From Nitrospirota bacterium (lineage in GTDB: Bacteria > Nitrospirota > Thermodesulfovibrionia > Thermodesulfovibrionales > Dissulfurispiraceae), in the NCBI GenBank assembly GCA_963780885.1, contig CAWAEO010000002.1, positions 889,665 to 953,664 of the forward strand: a DNA stretch of 64,000 bases, written 5' to 3'. Made by a program: the position numbers and the translations under genes. The notes under the pieces were generated by a model that saw only the letters and a program-made list of their open reading frames with translations, made no database searches and was not told the DNA's origin. Below, piece after piece: positions 1 through 6,658 of the stretch (position 1 is the first letter of the stretch; the number at the start of each line of letters is the position of its first letter).

Positions 1-59
1 TTCTGCAGAACTATCATGATAAAATCCATATCGTTGGGATCATCTTCGACCAGGCATGG

Positions 60-656
60 TCATGCCTCTTTATACTTTGGGAGAGAAAAGTAAAACGTAG
101 CGCCCTGTCCCATAACACTTTCGGCCCAGACTCTCCCGCCATGGCGGGCAATGATGCGCTGCACATTTGCAAGACCGATACCGGTGCCTTCAAATTCGTT
201 TTGGGTATGCAGCCGTTGGAATACTCCGAAGAGCTTATCCACATATTTCATGTCAAATCCTACTCCATTGTCCGACACGGAGCAGGCGAAGCTATCTTCC
301 TCGTCTTTGCATCCCATCTTGATTTCAGCCTGCGGGCGAGTGCTTGTGAACTTGACTGCATTAGAGACGAGATTGACAAGCACAAGTCTTAATAGTGACT
401 TATCGCCCATAACGTCGGGCAGTTCATCTATCTCCCATCTGATCTCCCGTCCCTTCAGCTCTTCCTGAATCTCGCGGATAACTTCACGCACAAGGGTATT
501 TAAATTAACTTTTCTGTTCTTCATAGGCGCACTGCCAAGGTGAGAAAAATTCAGGAGGTCATCGATAAGCATACTCATTTTTTTTGAGGACTCGGATATG
601 GTGTCTATATAATTGCTGGTTTTGGCATTAGGGGTTTCACCCAGACTTTGTTGCAA
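60..656 (-). pseudogene. 5'-truncated sensor histidine kinase fragment (partial HisKA, complete HATPase_c)
   Basis: In ORF 60..800, residues from about 653 downward read NYIDTISESSKKMSMLIDDLLNFSHLG (second HisKA helix). The N box LVNLVSNAVKFT, DNGVGFD and GTGIGLANV (G boxes) follow. The phospho-acceptor His box and any sensor or TM part are missing. The upstream part of the ORF is merely antisense to a receiver-domain fragment. Confidence 0.7.
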
Positions 657-659
657 TAA

Positions 660-812
660 CAGGAGGAGCAGGACATTATCGAAGGGTATAAGCTGGGCAC
701 AAATGGCTATGTTGTAAAGCCTCTGGACTATCACAAGTTTGTCGAGACAGTCAAGCAAACAGGCATTTGGTGGGGTAACATTAATGTGCCGCCTTGTCAA
801 GGAAAAGGGTAA
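660..812 (+). pseudogene. C-terminal fragment of a response-regulator receiver domain
   Basis: My own translation of the + frame from 663 gives EEQDIIEGYKLGTNGYVVKPLDYHKFVETVKQTGIWWGN..., with the stop at 810-812. This is the typical alpha4-beta5-alpha5 end of a CheY-like receiver (GANGYVVKP motif). An in-frame TAA lies at 657-659 and there is no N-terminal part. Confidence 0.6.
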
Positions 813-902
813 AAAAAGGGACCGATTGCCGGCTGATCTAACGTGGTCACAACGTCGCTGTCGCCAGGGTCAGCATGATTCGGGACGTATTACCCAGTTA
901 TG

Positions 903-1199
903 AAATTATTTTATATCCTCCAACTCCTTCCCCGCCTTAATCAGTGCAAGCTCCAGAAGATCCAGAAGTTCATATGCTCGCATAAGTCTTCCTCTGTCCT
1001 CTACAGGCACCTTACTCATCTCTGCCTTTAGCGCGGCACAACGTTCCATCGCGTCCTCTAAAGCTTTGAAAGCTGCGTTACTACTCACGACTGCTCCTCC
1101 TATCCCAACATTCAATAAGCAGAACAAGAAAAAGTTTTGCCTGAAGCACCTATTACTGCGAACTACTCTCCGGTGCTTGTTTTGTCATGATAAGCATAT
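903..1199 (-). repeat. Copy 1 of a ~300-bp module (small ORF plus leader); continues at 2485..2518 beyond the IS insertion
   Basis: It aligns by eye with 38046..38432. The start aaattattttat..ccaactcctt is shared through ctgaagcacctatt..tgcgaacta. Homology resumes at agcatat / tatcatagttcgctgctattgaaaagtata. Confidence 0.85.
906..1088 (-). CDS. Conserved 60-aa helical protein of unknown function (paralog of 38050..38232)
   Basis: A GTG start at 1088 lies 6 nt after GGAGGA. The product is (M)SSNAAFKALEDAMERCAALKAEMSKVPVEDRGRLMRAYELLDLLELALIKAGKELEDIK. The second copy keeps the frame, the RBS and the GTG, with mostly conservative changes. Confidence 0.6.
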   Translation of the reverse strand: MSSNAAFKALEDAMERCAALKAEMSKVPVEDRGRLMRAYELLDLLELALIKAGKELEDIK

Positions 1200-1260
1200 A
1201 GAGGTGGACCCCATTGATTGGACAGTTTGATAGCTGATTTAAGGTGGAAGCCACCTGTCA

Positions 1261-2127
1261 TCATGCTACCAGTTTTACTGGATAACCTGCGCGTGGCAGT
1301 TTCCAGTATGCTTCATGCGGTGTTTTGTCGTCAAGGCTGGAATGAGGCCGCTCCTCATTGTACAGTCTGATCCACTTGCCGATGCCATTTCTTGCTTCGC
1401 TGCCAGTTTCAAATGCATTCAGATAGACACACTCATATTTCAGTGAGCGCCACAACCTCTCGACCATTACGTTATCTCGCCATCTGCCCTTGCCGTCCAT
1501 AGAGATTTTTACTTCAGCGTCCTTGAGTACCTGAGTAAAGTCATCGCTCGTAAATTGACTTCCCTGATCCGTATTGAATATTGCAGGCCTGCCGTATTTG
1601 GCCAATGCCTCCTGCAATGCAGCTATACAAAACTCAGTATCAAGAGAGTTGCTGAGCCTCCAGCTCAAAACTTTTCGGCTGCTCCAGTCCATTACTGCCA
1701 CCAAGTATAGGAAGCCTTTCCTCATCGGAATATAACAAATATCAGCACACCAGACTTGGTTCGGCTCTGCTATGTCCAGGCCTCTCAGCAGATAAGGATA
1801 AACTTTATGTTCAGGACTCGGCTTGCTGGTATTGGGCTTCTGGTAAATCGCCATAAGGCCCATTTTCTGCATCAGCCGATGGGCTCTCTTCCGGTTGACT
1901 TTATACCCCTGCCTGCGCAGATACCGGGCCATCTGCCGGGCTCCGTAATACGGCGTCTCCAGAAACTGCTCGTCTATCAGCCGCATGAGCGTCAAGTTCA
2001 ATTCGCTCTCCCCAAGTCCTTCGTAATACCATGAGGAGCGGCTGATCTCAAGCAAACTGCATTGTCTTGTAATGCTGAGCCCAGGATGCTCCGGTTCAAT
2101 CATACTTTTCCTCCGTTCGCGGCTCAT
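1261..2127 (-). CDS. IS3-family transposase OrfB (DDE rve integrase core)
   Basis: 288 aa. Contains HTH_21-like SITRQCSLLEISRSSWYY, the DDE region VWCADICYIP...FNTDQGSQFTS...ERLWRSLKYE, and a typical C-terminus YNEERPHSSL. Confidence 0.9.
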   Translation of the reverse strand: MSRERRKSMIEPEHPGLSITRQCSLLEISRSSWYYEGLGESELNLTLMRLIDEQFLETPYYGARQMARYLRRQGYKVNRKRAHRLMQKMGLMAIYQKPNTSKPSPEHKVYPYLLRGLDIAEPNQVWCADICYIPMRKGFLYLVAVMDWSSRKVLSWRLSNSLDTEFCIAALQEALAKYGRPAIFNTDQGSQFTSDDFTQVLKDAEVKISMDGKGRWRDNVMVERLWRSLKYECVYLNAFETGSEARNGIGKWIRLYNEERPHSSLDDKTPHEAYWKLPRAGYPVKLVA

Positions 2128-2435
2128 CGACCGAAGGCTTTCGCTAAAAAATCCTTCTCCACCGTTAATTGCCCAATCTTGGCATGCAGCTCTTTGACCT
2201 CCGACTCATGCGCGGCATCATTGCGATCCGCCTTGCCAGCAAACACATTCGTAAGCCCCTCAATCGCCTGTTTCTTCCACTCGCTTACCTGATTGGGATG
2301 GATGTTAAACCGTGCAGCAATCTCCGCAATGGTTGTATCTTCCTTGAGCGCTGCACGAGCCACCTTTGCCTTGAATTCCGCTGCATACCGTTTCCTCTTC
2401 GTCTTGCTCATCTCTGTGACTCCCCCTTCGTTCAT
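2124..2435 (-). CDS. IS3-family transposase OrfA (HTH)
   Basis: 103 aa. Contains KRKRYAAEFKAKVARAALKEDTTIAEIAARFNIHPNQVSEWKKQ and a leucine-zipper-like tail. It overlaps orfB by 4 nt. Confidence 0.9.
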   Translation of the reverse strand: MNEGGVTEMSKTKRKRYAAEFKAKVARAALKEDTTIAEIAARFNIHPNQVSEWKKQAIEGLTNVFAGKADRNDAAHESEVKELHAKIGQLTVEKDFLAKAFGR

Positions 2436-2525
2436 CGTATATTTTACACCTTATACGACTGTCCGAATTCCGGGGGCCACCTCTTATTATCATAGTTCGC
2501 TGCTATTGAAAAGTATAGAACAAAA

Positions 2526-3140
2526 TCACAACGGATTGATGTTCCTGTAGACAAACAGCGTAAAATCATACGCAATCCTGTCATGCCTGAGCGAGATAAT
2601 GGGGGAGAGATTTTCTGCTGCAAAGGCAACCATTTCTTCAGGCGAAGTGTAATGCAACTCAAAGTCTTTTTTAGGATTATGCGCGGAGAGGGCATTGAAA
2701 GCAAGCGCGCCGCGGCACCGTTTAAAAAGTTTAAGCAGGGTATTCCTGATCGTATCATCAAGTCCCTGGACATTCAGATTAAACACGCCGCACAGGAATA
2801 CATAATCAAAATTCTGATCAAGCGAATCCTTTTCTATATCGAAAACTCTGAAATCTGCCCCCGGGAACTTTTTCTTTGCCAGAGCAATAAGCGTCTCGTT
2901 AATATCAAAACCTGAATATTCAGCGTTAATACCCTTGTCTTGCAGGAACTGGTAGAAATCCCCTTTCCCGCATCCGTAATCGAGAATCCTGCTGCCTTTG
3001 ATATTTCCTATATCAAGAATACTTTCATAATGCAGACGCTGCCCTGCCTGCGACCACCTGAGGGCCTCGGGCCTGTCGCCGTGCATACCCAGTTGTCTAT
3101 TGAAAAAAGAAACAACGAATTCCTTCGCGAGGTCATCCAT
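2526..3140 (-). CDS. Class I SAM-dependent methyltransferase
   Basis: 204 aa. Motif I is ILDYGCGKGDF and the post-I acidic residue is in YSGFDIN. The fold-typical spacing of LCGVFN is present. Confidence 0.75.
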   Translation of the reverse strand: MDDLAKEFVVSFFNRQLGMHGDRPEALRWSQAGQRLHYESILDIGNIKGSRILDYGCGKGDFYQFLQDKGINAEYSGFDINETLIALAKKKFPGADFRVFDIEKDSLDQNFDYVFLCGVFNLNVQGLDDTIRNTLLKLFKRCRGALAFNALSAHNPKKDFELHYTSPEEMVAFAAENLSPIISLRHDRIAYDFTLFVYRNINPL

Positions 3141-3251
3141 AACTAATTATAAACTAAAATCAAAGGCGGGGTAGCGTAATGAATTTACATGGGGCTTACT
3201 TGTCTCGCATGTCATCAATAATTACACAGGAGCCTAATAACAGCGCAATTA

Positions 3252-3464
3252 GAAATCCAGTGGTAAGGATGAGTTTCAGGGAGCGAATCTCGGAGCTTTG
3301 GTAACGATTCCTGGCGAAATGAGCGTTAAACAGACGCTATGTCTGAGCCCGCCCACCCGCCAGGCGGGCCAATGGGCGAGTTTAGCGGCTGTAGCAAATG
3401 AGCCTTTGGAATCGTCAAAGCGGAGAGCCTGAGCGGAAGAAACTCGTCCTTACCACTGGATTTC
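3252..3464. repeat. Long imperfect palindrome (candidate structured RNA or MITE-like element)
   Basis: The outer arm gaaatccagtggtaaggatgagtttc (3252-3277) pairs with gaaactcgtccttaccactggatttc (3439-3464). An inner nested hairpin is cgcccacccgcc/ggcgggccaatgggcg. The 31-nt string aggatgagtttcagggagcgaatctcggagc (3266-3296) recurs exactly at 3477-3507. Confidence 0.7.
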
Positions 3465-3602
3465 GGTCTGTGTCATAGGATGAGTTTCAGGGAGCGAATC
3501 TCGGAGCCCTGGCAACCCAAAGTTATCGAAGCGGGCGGGTATTGCCTTTTTAGTGTTGAACATGTCATCATTTGCGGGAAGTTTCAGAAGTTTTTGCGCG
3601 AG

Positions 3603-3634
3603 GCCACAAAGACTTTTAGCTTTGTGGCTTTTTT
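3603..3634 (+). terminator. Intrinsic terminator/attenuator-like hairpin 47 nt upstream of the csp start
   Basis: The stem is gccacaaag / ctttgtggc with an 8-nt loop, followed by tttttt. Confidence 0.55.
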
Positions 3635-3680
3635 AATGCGTCTGCTGAGATTTTAGTTTATATGTAAGGAGGTTGAGAAG

Positions 3681-3881
3681 ATGCCAAAAGGAACAGTGAA
3701 ATGGTTTAATGATGCCAAGGGGTATGGCTTTATTACCAGCGAAGATGGCACTGATGTCTTTGTCCACCACACGTCCATTCAGGGCAACGGTTTTAAATCG
3801 CTGGCTGAAGGTGAATCAGTCAGCTTCGATATTGAAAAAGGCCCCAAAGGTCCTAAAGCAGTGAATGTAGTAAAAGCATAA
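3681..3881 (+). CDS. cspA: Cold-shock protein, CspA family
   Basis: 66 aa, [37 protein letters not shown]1 (KGYGFI) and RNP2 (VFVHH) motifs are present. The RBS aaggagg lies upstream. Confidence 0.97.
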   Translation: MPKGTVKWFNDAKGYGFITSEDGTDVFVHHTSIQGNGFKSLAEGESVSFDIEKGPKGPKAVNVVKA

Positions 3882-3908
3882 TATCCGGTCACACACCTGC
3901 TTCTCAAA

Positions 3909-3942
3909 CAAAGGCGGACATAACCATGTCCGCCTTTGTTTT
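3909..3942. terminator. Bidirectional intrinsic terminator between convergent genes
   Basis: A 13-bp stem caaaggcggacat / atgtccgcctttg with loop aacc. It has a T-run on the + side and an A-run on the other side. Confidence 0.8.
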
Positions 3943-3965
3943 ACGGAACGCATGCAGCGCTGTTA

Positions 3966-4196
3966 TTATTTCTTCTGCTTCATCTGTTCCCCGCAGCATA
4001 TAATATCGCAGAAATCGGTGCACCCGCAGGGATTGTCCACGGTCATCGAGAGCCCGCAGGAATCACATACGTAACGCGCACCGGCTTTAAGCTCTTTCTG
4101 TTTTTTCGGGGCGGTCTTCTTAACAGCTTTTTTTGTTCTGGACAACACCGAAGCCTTCGTAGCCTTCTTAGGCTTTGCAACTTTCTTTAGTGCCAT
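3966..4196 (-). CDS. Small Cys-rich metal-binding protein: Lys/Ala-rich N-terminal tail plus desulforedoxin-type domain
   Basis: 76 aa. The C-terminus YVCDSCGLSMTVDNPCGCTDFCDIICCGEQMKQ fits the desulforedoxin pattern Y-x-C-x-x-C-G...C-C-G-x-x-M. The N-terminus is KKxAKPKK-type. Confidence 0.6.
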   Translation of the reverse strand: MALKKVAKPKKATKASVLSRTKKAVKKTAPKKQKELKAGARYVCDSCGLSMTVDNPCGCTDFCDIICCGEQMKQKK

Positions 4197-4484
4197 AGAT
4201 CCTCCTTATGATTAAGTTGTTTTTTAAGTATACCAAAATTATCACCGTTTGTCCCGCAAGCCGAAAAAAATGAAGTTGAGAGGTCATGGGTCAAAGAAAT
4301 AGAAAGTGACTTTTTGTTTTACCCATAACCAATGACCTATCACCTATAACCAGTATTTATATTTTTTGTTTGGATATTTGCATGCGGGAATGAGTATAAT
4401 ACCAACGATTGGTTGCAGTAATTTTTTAATTGGGTCTGCTGCCGGCAAGGATGCGCAGGCGGCATAATGGTTTAGCTGGTCAGA

Positions 4485-5273
4485 GTGAGAAAAAGTTTTC
4501 TGCTTTTATTGATGAGTGTCCTTCTGTTAGGGCTGCCGCCGGCGGAAGGGGCCGAAAAAGATACCTCCCGGGCTGCAGGGGTGTCTATTCTCCTTTATCA
4601 CCGCTTTGGTCCGACCGTTGCCGACAGCATGACTGTTACGACCGCTGTTTTCGAGTCAAATCTCAGGTACCTGAAAGATAATGGCTATACAGTCATCCCG
4701 CTTAGCCGGCTCGTTGATTACCGCCGGGGAAAGTCGACAGCTCCGCTGCCCTCAAAAGCAGTGGTGATTGTTTCGGATGACGGCCATAAATCAGTCTACA
4801 CCTATATGTTCCCCCTGATCAAAAAGTATCATATTCCCGTAACGCTGTTCCTCTACCCTTCGGCAATATCCAATGCATCATATGCTATGACATGGGACCA
4901 AATAAGGGAACTGAAGAGGACCGGACTGTTCGATATGCAGGGGCATACCTACTGGCACCCCAATTTCAAAATAGAGAAAAAAAGGCTTTCTCCCCCCGAA
5001 TATAACAAATTTGTCGACATGCAGCTCGGGAAATCGAAAGCAAAACTCGAAAAAGAACTGGGCGGTACGATCGACATGCTTGCCTGGCCCTTCGGTATTT
5101 ATGATGACCAGCTGGATAAGAAAGCCGCGGCGGCAGGCTACGTGGCTGCCTTCACTATAGAGCGCCGGCCGGTAAGGCCTTCGGACAACATAATGGAGCT
5201 TCCACGTTATTTGATGAAAAATACAGATAGCGGCAAGGCGTTTGCCGCAATTGTTGAGGGGGTGTCTCGATGA
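4485..5273 (+). CDS. Secreted polysaccharide deacetylase (NodB homology domain)
   Basis: 262 aa with a GTG start and a signal peptide. Contains VSDDGHKSVY (the D-D metal/catalytic motif), HTYWHP, and LAWPFG near the C-terminus. Confidence 0.8.
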   Translation: MRKSFLLLLMSVLLLGLPPAEGAEKDTSRAAGVSILLYHRFGPTVADSMTVTTAVFESNLRYLKDNGYTVIPLSRLVDYRRGKSTAPLPSKAVVIVSDDGHKSVYTYMFPLIKKYHIPVTLFLYPSAISNASYAMTWDQIRELKRTGLFDMQGHTYWHPNFKIEKKRLSPPEYNKFVDMQLGKSKAKLEKELGGTIDMLAWPFGIYDDQLDKKAAAAGYVAAFTIERRPVRPSDNIMELPRYLMKNTDSGKAFAAIVEGVSR

Positions 5274-5350
5274 ATTACTTTATTAAAGTTTTAGGCGGAT
5301 TTGCCGATGCTAATAATTACACAATCAATAATAACGAGGTGATATAAATA

Positions 5351-6658
5351 ATGAAAAAAAGAAACGGAAGGCCGGCCGCCTTCCTGATGGCAGTGCTTTT
5401 TGCATTAATCCCCTCCTACGCGATGGGATATACTGCAGGATGGGTTGCCGATGCCTACACTCAGAAGCCGGTTAGCGGCGCTATCATAACTATGAATTCT
5501 GAAGTTGTTCGGAGTGATGAAAACGGAAAGTTTACCCTGAAAGGGTCCGGAACTGCAATAGCCGTCAGGGCCTGCGGATACCTTAGGGCCTATCAGCCGG
5601 TCGTCCCGTCACTCCTTACCGCTCCGGTTGAAATAAGGTTGAGGCCTTTTGCGCCAAAGGCCCTATATCTCACTTATTACGGCATAGGCGACAGGACGCT
5701 GCGTGGGGCGGCGCTTAAACTTATAGAGCAGACCGAGATTAATGCACTGGTAATTGATGTTAAGGGAGACAGGGGAATTATTACTTATAAAAGTGACATC
5801 CCCCTTGTCTCACAAGTCGGCGCTCAGAAACAGGTTATCGTAAAAGATATAAAGAGCCTGCTTTCATCTCTTAAAGAGAAAGGTATTTATACTATAGCGC
5901 GTATTGTTGTGTTTAAAGACAATATTCTGGGCACGGCCCGGCCCGAACTTGCTATCAGGACCCAGGACGGCGGAATATGGCGGGACAGGGAGAACCTCAT
6001 CTGGATGGACCCTTCGAAGCGCGCGGTATGGGATTACAATATAGATATTGCCGTTGAAGCGGCCCGGAACGGTTTTGATGAGATACAATTTGACTATGTA
6101 AGGTTCCCTGACAGGAAAGGCCTCAAGTTCGGCGTGCCTAACGACGAGGAGAACCGGGTAAAATACATATCCGGGTTTCTTATGGAAGCCCGCCGGAGGC
6201 TTGCGCCCTACAATGTTTTTGTTGCCGCGGATATTTTCGGCTACGTATCCTGGAACCTTAATGATACACAAATAGGACAGCGCCTTGACACGATCGCGCC
6301 CTGTGTTGATTATATTTCACTTATGCTTTATCCTTCCGGTTTCCAGTTCGGGATACCGGGCTACAGGAACCCTGTTGCTCACCCATATGAAATAGTCTAC
6401 CTTTCGCTCAAAAAATCCCGCGAACGGACACAAATTCCCTCAGTCCGATTCAGGCCGTGGCTGCAGGCATTCAAGGATTATGCTTTCGACAAGAGGCATT
6501 TCAACGGCCCGGAAATCCGGTGCCAGATTAAAGCTGCGGATGAATTCGGAGCCGACGGCTGGATGCTCTGGAACCCCCGGAATGTCTATAATGCCGACGG
6601 ACTGAAAAAGCAGTCTGCAATTTCCAAGGTGCGAGCTAACCACAATGGTCCGGGGTAA
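5351..6658 (+). CDS. Putative glycoside hydrolase, GHL-type TIM barrel (DUF4015-like)
   Basis: 435 aa with a signal peptide. KALYLTYYG...EINALVIDVKGDRGIITYKS, FDEIQFDYVRFP and DYISLMLYPS are typical of this family as I recall it. Confidence 0.6.
   Translation: MKKRNGRPAAFLMAVLFALIPSYAMGYTAGWVADAYTQKPVSGAIITMNSEVVRSDENGKFTLKGSGTAIAVRACGYLRAYQPVVPSLLTAPVEIRLRPFAPKALYLTYYGIGDRTLRGAALKLIEQTEINALVIDVKGDRGIITYKSDIPLVSQVGAQKQVIVKDIKSLLSSLKEKGIYTIARIVVFKDNILGTARPELAIRTQDGGIWRDRENLIWMDPSKRAVWDYNIDIAVEAARNGFDEIQFDYVRFPDRKGLKFGVPNDEENRVKYISGFLMEARRRLAPYNVFVAADIFGYVSWNLNDTQIGQRLDTIAPCVDYISLMLYPSGFQFGIPGYRNPVAHPYEIVYLSLKKSRERTQIPSVRFRPWLQAFKDYAFDKRHFNGPEIRCQIKAADEFGADGWMLWNPRNVYNADGLKKQSAISKVRANHNGPG

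Larger units (their letters stand above)
1200..2484 (-). mobile_element. IS3-family insertion sequence (1285 bp) with imperfect terminal inverted repeats and an inferred 3-bp TAT target duplication
   Basis: The left end is aGAGGTGGaCCCCattgATTgGACAGT. The right end (reverse complement) is aGAGGTGGcCCCCggaATTcGGACAGT. The flanks are agcaTAT[IS]TATtatcatag, whereas the uninterrupted paralogous site at 38395 reads agcatattatcatag. Confidence 0.85.
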
